Origin: Azolla caroliniana
Taxonomy: Eukaryota; Plantae; Polypodiophyta
Direction of reading: 5' to 3'
NCBI GenBank assembly: GCA_043228905.1
Contig: JBHGNT010000017.1
Location: 14,198,001-14,262,000, forward strand
DNA length: 64,000 nucleotides
A program made the translations under genes and the position numbers. Below, one piece after another: positions 11,568 through 24,285 of this stretch. Each line of letters begins with the position of its first letter. Within the stretch, counting starts at the first letter, position 1. The notes below the pieces were generated by a model. That model did no database searches and had not been told where the DNA came from. It saw only the letters and a program-made list of their open reading frames with translations.

Positions 11568-14500
11568 GTCCAACCAAAATAGGAGCCGTTTGGTTGGACA
11601 ACCCTAGATTTGTGCAGCCCATTAGTGGTTCCATTCCCTCTAAGCAAGTTAGCAATGTGTTCATAGCCCAAGTAACAGTTAGTACTAAAAGTACCCCTCT
11701 AATACATGTCTTAGCACTTCTAGATTCCGGAGCTAATCCTTGCTTCATGGATAGGAACTTTGCCCAAGCTCATCAGATATCACTCATAAAATTCCCGTGT
11801 CCAGCCTCTGTAGTAGTCATTGATGGTCGTCCCATTGCTTCCGGAAATATCATAGAAGAGTCAGAGCCCGTTAATATTGTCCTTGATAATCTAGCATGTG
11901 TAGTATCATTTAATATAATTAGCATCCCAGAACACCCCATTGTTTTAGGATTACCATGGTTCGAATTACATAACCCAGACATAGATTGGAGAACAAGAGA
12001 AATCCGGTATCGAAAAGCCCGAGGGTCTACTCATGAGATTGCGACCATTTCACTACATCAGTTGCGGGAAGAAGGATGCAAGGAAGAAATGTTTCTCTTC
12101 GCAATATCAGTAAAGCCCTCAAACACCATTAAAGAGGAGTCTACCATTCAACTTCCAAAGAAGTATCATCATTATGCCGATGTGTTCAATAAAGTACAAG
12201 CCAATACGCTTTCTCACCATCGATCGTATGATTGCCCCATCGATTTACAACTGGGGAAAGAGCCACCATGGGGACCAATCTACAATTTGTCACCAATCGA
12301 GCTAGAAGTCCTGTGAGCCTATATAGAGGAGAATTTGGAAAATGGTTTCATTCGGCATTCGAAATCTCCAGCCAGCGCCCCATTTTCTTTGTCAAGAAAA
12401 AGGATGGATCACTTCGTCTCGTTGTAGATTACTGTGGCTTGAATAAGGTTACAATAAAAAATAGGTATGCACTTCGCCTTATCTCAAGTCTTTTAGAACG
12501 GATCAATGGTGCAAGGTTCTTCACGAAGATCAACTTACGGGGAGCTTATAACCTCGTACGGATCCGACCAGGTGATGAATGGAAGACTGCGTTTCGCATC
12601 AGATATGGGCACTTTGAGTATACGGTCATGCCGTTCGGCCTCACTAATGCGCCAATAGTCTTCCAACACATGGCAAATGATATATTCCGAGATCTCTTGG
12701 ATGTTTGTTTGATCATCTATTTGGATGATCTGCTAGTTTATTCGAAGACCCAAGAAGAGCATGATTCTCATGTATTGTTAGTACTAAAATGACTTTGAGA
12801 ACATGGTCTTTATGCAAAGCTGGAAAAATGTAGTTTTGGGTGCAACCAGGTGGAATTTCTGGGCTATGTCATTTCCCCGGAAGGCATCTCCATGGACCCA
12901 GCTAAGGTCAAAACTGTGGTGGAGTGGCAGACTCCGTGTTCGGTGCGAGATGTGCAATGTTTTTTAGGCTTTGCCAATTTTTACCGGAAGTTCAGACAAG
13001 ATTACTCAAAGCTCATTTTGCCTCTCACATAGCTTACCAAGAAGGGACAATCGTTCCTTTGGTCTGAAGAAGTGGACATGGCTTTTGAGAGTCTTAAAAA
13101 GGGATTTACATCGGCTCCAATTCTAGCTCATGTCAATCCGGAAAAACCATTCATTATCGAAGCAGACACATCGGATTTTGCATTAGGGAGCATTCTGTCA
13201 CAATGGGGTAATGATGAGAAGCTACATCCTGTGGCTTTTCACTCACGCAAGTTTGACGCCACCGAAATCAACTACGAAATTCATGATAAGGAGCTATTGG
13301 CAATAGTGGACTCTTTTACGCAATGGAGGCATTTTCTAGAGGGATCCTCTCATCAAGTCACCGTATTCAGTGACCACAAAAACCTTGCCTACTTTCAGGA
13401 CGCTCGTGTGTTAAATCGACGTCAAGCTTGGTGGGCCCACTTCCTCACGCGTTTCGACTTCAAAATTACATATCGTTCGGGGAAGCACCAAGGGAAGGTA
13501 GATGCATTATCACGGCGTTCGTACCTAGCACCGCGTCCTGGCGAGCCAACTTTTGATAACCAAAAGCAAGTAATCTTGGGTCCGACACGACTGCAAGCAA
13601 CACAGGTCTTTGGCATGCCCATGGATTCCCACGTTATTGATACCATATGTGAGGACTTGAAGACCGATGCTTTCGCCCAAGCCATTCTAGCACAAATTGA
13701 TCCCTCTTGAGCATCTTGTTCATAGTCGCAACCACCAGGTACGGACTATCAACAATTCAAATACCATGATGGATTACTATTCTTTAATGAACTCTTGTAT
13801 GTTCCTAATGGTTCTTGCTGCCTTCAAGTAGTCCAAAATTGTCATGACACATATACAACTGGGCATTATGGTAGTACTAAAACATTAGATTTAGTACAAC
13901 GATCATTTTGGTGGCTCCGTATGCGACAATTTGTCGAAGATTTTGTTCAGACTTGTGATACATGTTGCAGAGCGAAAATGCCAAGGCATCATCCATATGG
14001 TTTATTAGAACCATTACCAATTCCAAGCAAGCTGTGGCAATCCATTGCTCTAGACTTCATCACAGATCTTCCAGTCTCTAAGGGGTTCAATGCGATTCTA
14101 ACAGTCGTAGATCGATATACGAAGATGGCTCATTTCTTGCCATGTACTAAGGAAATCTCCAGTGAAGAAACCACTGAAATTGTCATGCGTGAAGTATGTC
14201 GGCATCATGGCCTTCTCGATGGTATCATCAGCGATCGTGGACCTCGGTTCATATCGAAATTTTGGAAGCACCTTTTTAAAATGCTCAAAGTCACTTGTAG
14301 CCTCTCCTCTGGCTACCACCCATAAACCGATGGCCAAGCAGAACGAACAAATCAAATGCTAGAGCAGTATCTTTGGTGCTTTCTAAGCTATCATCAGGAT
14401 GACTGGGCAGATATTCTCCACTTCGCCGAATTTGCCTACAATAACTCTGTCCACGCATTGACTAAAGTTACGCCATTTTATGCTTATACGGGTTGTCACC

Positions 14501-15150
14501 CCCGGTGGTGTGTATTTGAAAACCCAGAGTTTTCCACAAATCCTTGCGCAGAGGATCGTTTAGAGCGGTTACGCAAGATAGAAGCTGATTTATCTACTCA
14601 TCACCAACAAGCTCAACAAACACATAAGGTTTATGCGGATTGTCATCGACTTCCATCAAGTTTTAACATTGGAGATCGGGTATGGCTACTACGATGACAC
14701 ATCAAGACTACTCGCCCATGCGAGAAGTTGGATTATCGGCGATTAGGTCCTTTCCGTATTATAGGAAAGATTAATGATGTCGCTTTTCATCTCGATCTAC
14801 CTCCGCAACTTCGGATACATCCGGTGTTTCATAGTTCCCTCCTCGAACGCTATCAAGAGAGCACCATCCCAAGACGTATTACGCAGCCTCCACCCCTGAT
14901 CAAGCTTGAAGATGGACTTGAGTACGAGGTTGCTGCCATCCTTGATTCCAAGATTGTTCGCAACAAGCCCTACTATCTAGTCGATTGGCTAGGATATAGT
15001 CCTAGCGAGCGTACTTGGGAACTGATAGAGAATGTGACCAATGCTCGTGCTATTCTTGAAGACTTCCATCTTCAATATCCAGAAAAACCGGGTCCTCAAT
15101 CCAAAACGACTCGTGACACTTGTTGTTTTAAAAGGAGGATAGTGTCATGA
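11555..15150 (+). pseudogene. Chromovirus pol: protease, RT, RNase H, integrase, chromodomain (several stops and frameshifts)
   Basis: ALLDSGA; YLDDLLVYS; IEADTSDFALG / NYEIHDKELLAIV; HHCC and DFIT..SDRG; GPF; chromodomain EYEVAAILDSK..YYLVDWLGYSPSERTWE. Confidence 0.92.
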
Positions 15151-15841
15151 TATGGCAAGACTCGAACCCATGACCTTATGCTACATGGGTTGAACTCTTA
15201 ACCATTAGACCATACATTGTAATACGTAGAATATTATTTATGTTTTATTATAGAAAATTGATGTATATTCCAAATTTCTTTGGAACATTCTAGAAACCTC
15301 AGGAGTACTCCTGAGAACACTATAAAAGGAGGCACAAGGCATTATTTCGAACCAAATCGGTTCAACGCCAGTCTTAAGCCTCCTAGCTACTATTGTATAC
15401 TCTCTTCACATAATATATATCATCATTCACTCTCACCCTTTCTCTCTCTCTCTCTCTCTCTCACTCTTTCCTTCTTTTGAGAGTTCTACATCTCTCTTAG
15501 TACTAATCCTCATCTTTTAGTACTAATTCCTTCTCTATCTTAGTACTGATCTTGACAGCCATTGATTATAACCTGCTAGGAAAAGATTAGTATAGCCGTA
15601 TGAGAGTGCACCAATTCTTACACTCCTTGGCCCTTGTCTACACAGCAATACGACCGATGATTAGTGTATTTATTGATTGATATGAATGACTTATTTTGAT
15701 TAGTTACAATTATTATAATTGAAAGTAGTATGAGGTGTTTTGAGGGATAGAGATATTTATATTTATATTTTAAAGGGACGGACGGGTTAGTGTCTAGGTT
15801 GTGTTTGGGCGGTGGGGTCTCTTGGCGGATTGGGGGTGAGT

Positions 15842-16163
15842 GGTTCGAAGTTCTTCGAACCGGGAGTGTGGTTCAAAGAGGGTTTTTCTTCGAACCGGGC
15901 GTGGGGGGTTCGACGTTCTTCGAATTGGGAGTGAGTGGTTCGAAGAGTCCCTCTCGTTGCACCGGGAGGAAGGGGTTCGAAGAGTGTCTCTTTCGAATCG
16001 GGGAGGGGTTCGAAGAGTGTCTCTCTTCGAACCAGGGGGAAGGGGGTTCAAAGAGTACCTCTCTTCGAACCGGTGGGAAGGGGTTCGAAGAGTGCCGCTC
16101 TTCGAACTGGGGAGGGGTTTGAAGAGCGTCTCCCTTCGAACCGGTGGTGGGGAGTTCAAAGAG
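15842..16163. repeat. Tandem array of about 10 palindromic units GGTTCGAAGAG-N5-CTCTTCGAACC separated by G-rich linkers
   Basis: Units start near 15842, 15870, 15907, 15937, 15974, 16007, 16045, 16082, 16116 and 16153 (partial). Confidence 0.85.
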
Positions 16164-16749
16164 AGACACGAAGGGAGGGCCGTGAGGAGGAAGCGCTAGG
16201 ACGCGCGTGAAGTGGCCAGATGTGACTGCCGGCGCCAAGGGGGTGGCCGAAACGACACGGTAGTCATTGTGGCTGCCGTAGGAGGTGGGTAGGTTTGTGG
16301 AGTTGGCGGGGGCCGAGTGTGAGAGCGCAGGAAGAGAGAGCAAAAAACAGATTTTTAGACCCACCCGAGGGTAGTATCGGAAAAGACAAAATTGCGGGCG
16401 GGGATGGTACGAGTAATGAATAAATAAATTAATGTCTAATGGGGACGATAACAGAGGTCCGGGGAGAAGACAGGCCGAATAGTTGATGAGCGAAGTGACA
16501 TAAGGTATGGTGAGGGGTTAACAGGGTGTGGGGTGGGTCAAGGTTTATGTGTGGGGGGAAGTGTTGGACGGGAATCCAGCGAGGATTTTGTGAGAGTTTG
16601 GAAAATTTAGGGGATTTTGGGTGGGGTTGAGGTGGCGGGTGTGGGGGGTGTGTTGTTCGAGTGTTATTCGAGGGTCTTTGTATGCCTTTAAGGACCCAAA
16701 CCTGTGACGTCCTTTCAAGGGGGAAAAGGGGGGTCTGTGAGGTAGTTCT

Positions 16750-17189
16750 TGTCATGATAACACTCACATCATGCATTGAAAGGATCATGACACTCACATT
16801 ATGCCTCGAAAAGATTTGAACCCACGACCTTGTTGTACAAATGTCAAATCCTTAGCCATTGTATTAATATTCTTGTATGTTTAGTTTTTAGAATATGAAA
16901 TCTAATATCATAGGAATATTCTATACTACTCTACATTCTAGAATGACCTAGAATATTCTAGAGTGTTCTATACACCAGAACCTTCTAGAATACTCTAGAG
17001 ATCTTCTAGATTACTTTACATTCTAGGATAACCTAGAATATTGTAGAGTGTTCTCTATTACTTATAAATTGGGATCTACCACTCATCCCAAACCTAAATT
17101 GGTTCAATGCCATTTTGTAGTACTCTATTGTCTACTCTTTGTAATCCATTTACTCTTCAATATAATAATTCCTTTTCAATTATCTCTCT

Positions 17190-17239
<50 letters not shown>
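16750..17239 (+). mobile_element. Truncated LTR of a second Tcn1-related family, ending in a (CT)n microsatellite
   Basis: Starts TGTCATGATA. Shares with the chromovirus LTR the GAACCCA.GACCTT motif, TTCTAGAA repeats, TATA (17063) and AAATTGGTTCAA (17096-17107). Confidence 0.65.
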
Positions 17240-17242
<3 letters not shown>

Positions 17243-17276
17243 CAATTGAGCAAGTAATTGATAAGGCCATTACTAT

Positions 17277-20200
17277 GGGTCGGAATCCAAAAAATGTAAG
17301 AAGTATGGAAATGTCGGCATTGCATCATACTTTGCCATCTATGGAAGAATTACAGTTTCGCCAAGCAGTATAGTGTACTACTTGTTTGAATACGGGGCAT
17401 TGGACAATCGAGTGTAGTTTACGAACACATTGCACAATCTGTCACTCTAAGGTCCATTCAGTAGAACAATGTGAATATAATTTGCTTAACAAAGCAACAG
17501 CGCCGGTACGGCAAAATTTTCCGGAAAATGGTTACCAAGATAACTGTAATAGGTTTAATGACCGGTATGATAATTGTAATTATTTGGAAAGGTGACCACA
17601 CAATGATTGGAATGAATATAGGAGAAATGATAATCAAGGTCCAACAGAGGAAGGCCGACAATATGATTATCGACAGAATCGAGATCAAGATTTTTTAGCA
17701 CCGTAGGATAACAGTCGTCAAAAGCAACAAGGAGGTCGTTATCACAATAAACAGAATCGGCCCAACAACAAAAAATTCTATAAACCAAAAGCGTCACAGA
17801 AATTTCAACATGATTCTTAGAAAGAACATCCGAATGAAGATTCCCAATATGAACAGGGTGAAGGCAATGGATCATTCACTCCTAACTATTATATTTGTAG
17901 GAAGATGGACTTTATGCAAATCAATGTCCCTCTAAAATCAAAGGAAAAGCACCTACCGTTAATATGGTGATACCGGAAATTCAGTAGGTCATTACCAGAA
18001 GTAAATGTAAACAATTGGAATGGGAGATCCAGGACGTTGTTAGAAAAGCAGCCAAGGAATGGGTGGGAGAAGCAAATAAAAATAATGTGCCCAGGATACT
18101 ACAAGACAATGAGGTAAACCAAGTTAACGAGCTACCCGGAGCAATGGCCGTACAGGAACATGAGGAAGCTTGGAAAATCTTGGCTGATTGCCAAGTATCA
18201 TTACCCTTGACGGGATTACTGAAGTTAGTTCCACGGTTTATGGAGAAAGTAACAACTTTGATTGCCTAGAAAGGGATAGAACAGGTAGCAGTTAATTATA
18301 GTCAGCCAAGTAATAGTCCAACAATTATGGATGAGCAGAATCCATCAATAAGAGTGACAATACATGGCCAAGAAATAGATGGCGCTATTGTAGATGGTGG
18401 ATCAGGAGTAAATGTAATTAACAAAACTACTTGTGACAAGCTGGGTATCACGAAATGGGAAGCATGTCCATTTTGGTTGAGAATGGCCGATACCAGTACA
18501 GTGCGACCAATCGGATTAATTAGGCAATTAGATGCCGTATTAGGTGGTCACACTTTTCAAATATCAGCAGTGGTGCTTCATTTGGAGGCTCCTGGGGCAT
18601 ATCCTTTGTTGTTAGGGCGGCCATGGTTAAAGATCCCCAATATTAAGCAAATTTGGAATCAAAATTTATTAACATTTCGGAAAGGAAAAAATAAAATTCG
18701 GGTATCTACCCACAATAAGATAACTACAAGTAGGTAGTGTTTGCCGGTTCATGCAGAGGTAGTCAATATGATGGAAGGATTGGACGAAGTGGAAGAGACT
18801 AACTATTTTGATGATAACCCAAAAATTATCCCCTTGTTCGAGGTAGACATATTACAAGCTCTTACATCATATCTTGATTCACAGGATGATGTACTACTTG
18901 ATGATCAAACAATGAAAGAAATCCGCCTTCAGCAAGAGGCTACTGAAAAAGAAATGAAAGCATCTCAACGAGTCCAAGCTTCGGCATTGGAAGAGATAAA
19001 TTTAGTCGAGGAAGATAACACGCTCAAACCAAAAACAATAATGATCGCCAAGGAGATGTTGTTAGCTGACAAGCAACGATTAATCGGCTTACTCAAACAG
19101 TATAAGGATGTATTCGCCTGGTTTTTTGAAGACATGAAAGGGTTGGATCTAGCTTTCTGTCAACACCAAATTAATTTGCATAAAGATGCGAAGCTGGTTC
19201 AACAACGCAGGTATTGTCTAAATCCAAATTATGAATTATGGTCAAAGAAGAAATAGATAAACTACTTAAGGTAGGGTTTATTCGTCCTGTAAGAAAAGCT
19301 ACATGACTGAGCCCGATTGTTGTCGTCCCGAAAAAGAATGGAAAGATTCAGGTATGTGTCGACTATCGGAATCTCAATGCAGCAACAATAACAGACGTAT
19401 TTCCATTACCGTTTACGGACGGTATATTGGATGCAGTAGTTGGTCATGAAATGCACAGTTTTCTAGATGGCTTTAGCGGGTATAATTAGGTAGGGATGAA
19501 TCCGGATGATCAAGAAAAGACAATCTTTGTCACCGAATGGGGGGTATTTGTGGCGGTCGTAATGATGTTCGGGTTAAAAACAACCCCAACCACATTTCAA
19601 AGGGTCATACAGGAAATTTTTGCTGAATACATTCTAGCATTCATGCAAGTTTTCTTGGATGATTTTGTTGTCTATAGTCGGAAGTCAGAACATTTCGAAC
19701 ATTTGCAATTATGTTTGGAACGATGTTGGAAAGGTCGGCTTAGCTTAAATCCGGCAAAATGTGCAATCGGAGTTACGAGTGGAGCATTATTAGGACACAT
19801 TGTCAGTCAAGAAGGAATTGCAGTTGACCCAAACAAGGTCAATGCGGTATTGGATGCACCGGCACCGACCAATTCTAAAAGCCTTAGTCGATTTTTAGGG
19901 CAAATTAGATGGCATAACAGAATGATCAGATATCTTGCTAATGTTGCCACTCCCTTACATATGGCAGTGCATAAAACACCTTTCCAATGGACGAGTGTGG
20001 AGCAGGATGCATACGATTGTCTAAAGAAAATGCTTTCTAGAGTTCCGGTTGTCCAACCACCTGATTGGAACAAACCGTTTCATGTGTTTGTCGATGCATC
20101 CGACGTAGCAATCGGAAGTGCACTAATGCAGTTATCCGAACCAAGCTGGTATAGACCAGTTTACTACGCTAGTCAGAAACTATCCACAATAGAAAGGAAT

Positions 20201-21835
20201 TATTCGACAACTGAAAGGGAAGCTATGTGAATGATTTACAGCACCAACAAATTTCGACACTACCTTCTGGGAAAAAAATTAACATTCCATGTGGGTCACT
20301 CTGCTTTACTATATTTGGTATCCAAACAGGAATTAACCAACAAACTAGCACGATGGACGCTATTACTTCAGGAATTTGAATTTGACATTTTGCATAGACC
20401 AGGAGTGCAACATGCAGTCGCAGATTACCTTAGCCGATTAGAGTCGGGAGACGAGGGTATAGGAGTTAAAGATGATTTTCCGGATGGCCAATTATTTCGA
20501 GTAGAGACGGTACGAGTAAATGGGGAGATCGAGGATTCTTGGATTATAGAAATGACAATTTTTCTTACAACAGGGTTACCACCCGAGCATCTATCAGCTA
20601 ATAAAAGAAAACGGCTAGCGGTTCGCAGCTGGAATTTCTACCTTTTAAGTGACACTTTGTATCATAAAGGAGTTGATGGAATTTGGTGACGAGCAGTACG
20701 TCAATTTGAGAAAGAGTTAATTCTTAGGGAATCTCACTGTGGTATCATGGGAGGACACTACGTCGGCGAAACAACTACTGGGAAAATTTGGAACAGTGGG
20801 TTATGGTGGCCGACAGTTATGAAAGATGCAGTTGAATACTGTCGGAAATGCGATTTATGTCAAAGGATGGGTCAACCTATGGAAAAAGACAGGATGCCAT
20901 TTCAACCCGTCTTGCCTTTAGAACCATTCCAGAAAAGGGGATTAGACTTTGTCGGTCCATTTAAACCAACAACAATTCGAACAGGGAATCGATACATCAT
21001 AGTAGCCACTGATTATTGCACTAAATGGGTAGAGGCTAAGCCTTTACGGGATAACATGGCAACATCAACAACAAAATTTCTATACGAAAGTATATGGTGC
21101 CGATATGGGTGTCCAATTGAGTTGGTAAGTGACCAAGGAACACATTTTATTAATAAGATTGTACATGAATTATCTACATATTATGTAGTGGTTCATAAGA
21201 AAAGTACTCCTTATTACCCTTAAGCCAATGGGCTAGCGGAGTCAACAAATAAAACGTTGCAAATGATACTCAAGAAAATAATCAATGAAAATCGTACACA
21301 TTGGGATCAGAAGCTGAATAGTGCCTTATGGGCATATAGGACTTCATATTAAACTTCTATCAAATCGACTCCTTTTCGCATGGCATTCGGGTTAGAAGCC
21401 ATAATGCCAATAGAGTTTCAAGTTCTAAAACTCCGAATTCAAGCAATAGAAAGGTTAGATGAGCTACAGTTGGAACAAATTCGGAAAGAAGGATTATTGT
21501 TACTAGAGGAAAGTCGGATATAGGCTATGATAGATTTAGAACGGAAGCAAAGACAAACAAAAGCATTTGTGGATCGACATCGTCGACATACAGAAAATCA
21601 GTTCGCAATTGGAAAACCGATGTTAGTATTTCAAACAAAAATGGGGTCTATGCCGGGGAAGCTTCGATTTTGATGGACAGGACCATTCTGGATTGTTAAT
21701 GGCAGAAATGGTATGTATCAAGTTGGAACGTTGTCTGGGGACATTCTACCGAAATGGGTGAACGGTTTTCGGCTTAAACCCTATCACGGGTCAATACTGG
21801 AGAACCCCTTTCAGGTGACATCCTCTGCAATGTGA
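17277..21835 (+). pseudogene. Non-chromovirus Ty3/gypsy gag-pol, degenerate (gag C-terminus, PR, RT, RH, INT)
   Basis: Zinc knuckles (CLNTGHWTIEC, CTICHSKVHSVEQC), AIVDGGSG, FLDDFVVYS, VDASDVAIG, NYSTTERE, LDFVGP, SDQGTHF, WTGPF; many nonsense mutations. Confidence 0.9.
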
Positions 21836-22092
21836 TGTGGTAGACGTCGCAAAAAAAAGAAAAGAAAAAAGAAAAAAAGAAAAAAAGAAAAAAAGAAAAA
21901 AGAAACAAACAAACTATTATTATCTTGGCAAAAGTAACTGTCAGAAAAAGGAATCCTGGGGAAGTCTTTGTAACACTATAAGTAAACTGTGAGTAATAAT
22001 GCATGCAGATTTTAAACGAGTAGTGGAGCCATTATTACTATTTTTAGACTCATACTTGCATTAATAGTAGCATTTTCTATTCCGTAGGCATC

Positions 22093-24270
22093 ATGCAACG
22101 ATTCGTTACTTTAAAACCTATTTCTACATCTTTTGTGCCAACAACACAGAGACAGAAACGTATACGTGCTAAAAAGTTTTCTGCTCTTCCGCGCCATAGC
22201 CTAAAGTTTTCTTCACAGAACTCCGATCTTTCTCTCGAAGACAACATAATGCCAATCCTTGTTTCTGATAACCTGTGCCAGTGGCTCGTAAACAAGAAAC
22301 TACAGGGTTTCTTCAAGGTTGCAGAGGCGGAGCCCCACTCTCGTGCGGTAGAACTTCTGCAGCAGATTGACGTCTCCAAAATAACAAACAAATAGGTATG
22401 CCTAGTTTTGGAATTAAAATGGGAAGGCTTTCATGATGTACAAAAAATGGACAAGGATATGCTCAGATTGTATTTTGGAGAATATTCTCCCTCAGCCAAA
22501 GCTTTTCAAACACAGGATGGGGAGGACAAATTTTTTCATGAAGTGGCCAAATTTTTGTTAGAAGTGGGTTTTGTTAGCCCTCAATTTTACTATATGCCCA
22601 AAAAGAGAGCCGGTTTCATAATTGCCATGTACGAGGGCGAAGTTTTTGACTGGGGGGTTGCTGTCAGCAGAAGCTCTACAGGAGCAACTGCATGAGGTAC
22701 AAGAAGGGAAACCAATGAAACCGATCTTTGCTCGCTGGTTGTCAGTACTTTTTCCAACACAAAGATAAGAAAATCAACAAGAGCAGTAGAGGCCACCACG
22801 ACCAAAAGCAGCTTCCCAACCTCGAAGACAGGTAAACATGAGGAGTGGCAGGAAGCCGAATTGACATAGGTTGATGCCATGCAACCAGAAAATGAACCAC
22901 AACAACCGATACCCTTAGCATTTCCGAAGTTGTCACAAAACCCCCAACCAGACTTTGTACCTGTCCGACAACCAACTCCACAATCGCCCAACCTGTAGAA
23001 CCTGACCAACCAACGCAACGACAACATCGGGTAAAGCAAAGGGCTCAACGTTTTTCGCAGACTCTGCAAGAGGAACCTGCATGGAAAAAACAAAGAACAG
23101 AGGAGCAAGTTACGCAGCCCACACAAGTACCTTGTATTGATCCAAACGACACAACCAAACTTTAGAAAGGGAAGTCGTCGGTAACTACAGTGAGAGAAGC
23201 AACTGCATTTTCCGACATTCCTCCAGCCGCACATGAACTTGTCGCCATTCTACAATTCGGCACTTCCTATGCATTAGTAGAGTGGTTGGCCCATAGATTA
23301 TAGGAGGTGTCAGAGAGAATGGCACATGAACACCGGGATCAGATAATGATCCAGAAATCATTAATTGGAGCTGTCGAGCCGCAGGAACAGCAGGAGGTCG
23401 ATCACATCGGCCGACAGCGGAATGCGAAAAATAAAGGAGAAGCCATCCAGATGCCACCATTGCATGAGGCTCTGGTGGAGGTACCTAGGGAATATGAAAA
23501 GGCAACCAAAGCAACCAAAGATATGCATGATCTACATAAAAAGGCAACGACAACATTGGAAATGTTGAATGTTGAATGCATAAATAAGCAAGCCGAAAAC
23601 CAACAGTTAATGGAACGACTTCAACTGCTAGAAGAACAACTGAGGAAAACAATGGAAGAATTGTTGCAACAGACTTCGTCAAGCAGACCCTTAGAGTCTG
23701 ACCCTTAGAGTCTGACCCAGATCTGCAACAAAAATTACAACAGGCAGAAGCAACACTCAAGGAGGCAGAAGTCAGAGCTGAGAAAGCTGAAAACCGATCA
23801 AAGAAAATGGAGGATTGGTTATAATTAGCAAAGATGGAAGTCGGCAAATGGCTGGATGCTAAAGACAATTTGATTCAAAGGCCGTGCTGACAGTTTGCAC
23901 AATAGTAGGAAACTACGCAACAACACGCAGAACAGGTCGAAGAGCTCGAAGAGTATATCAAAGTCCAGGAGGAATATTGCGATGAACAACTGGTAGAAAA
24001 GAAAACTTTGCTTACTCAACTGAATGAGAAATATGCTCAAGACCAAGAGGAATGGGCTTCCTCAAGATCAAATTTAGAACAATAGTGTGCAAACCTGGAA
24101 GTCATCTCCGAACAACGGCGACTCGACTTATTGGGTGCTCAAGCATAATTGTTGTAGACAGAAGGTGCAACCAATGCATAGATCACTGATTTACGGAAGG
24201 CATTGGCAGAAGCATAGATCAAGATGAGTATGGGCGATGAAAAAATACGCACAATATTAAAATGCTACAA
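22093..24270 (+). pseudogene. Additional ORF downstream of pol (unknown N-terminal domain, P/Q-rich linker, coiled-coil C-terminus), disrupted
   Basis: Colinear ORF pieces 22093-22395, 22408-22695 and 23307-23708, plus E/Q/L/K heptad-rich sequence to about 24270. Follows an A-rich tract after the pol stop. Confidence 0.55.
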
Positions 24271-24285
24271 ACTCAACACTTTGGA

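Larger units (their letters stand above)
9643..15557 (+). mobile_element. Full-length, inactivated Ty3/gypsy chromovirus (Tcn1-like); LTRs 9643-10024 and 15143-15557
   Basis: Paired LTRs T(G/A)TCATGA...TTGACA, TSD GCCAG/GCCAT, PPT AAAAGGAGGATAG at 15130-15142, domain order gag-PR-RT-RH-INT-chromodomain. Confidence 0.92.
9218..15622 (-). mobile_element. Copia-like LTR remnant (9218-9642 + 15563-15622) split by the chromovirus insertion
   Basis: TGT...ACA ends; GGGTTTCCACG motif also seen in the Copia LTRs at 35-60 kb; 9420-9600 is homologous (inverted) to 28890-29100. No TSD found. Confidence 0.45.

Noticed and set aside
15842-16163. CRISPR array interpretation of the palindromic repeats
   Set aside because: Linkers are under about 12 nt and low complexity, repeats are degenerate, there are no cas genes, and the context is eukaryotic.
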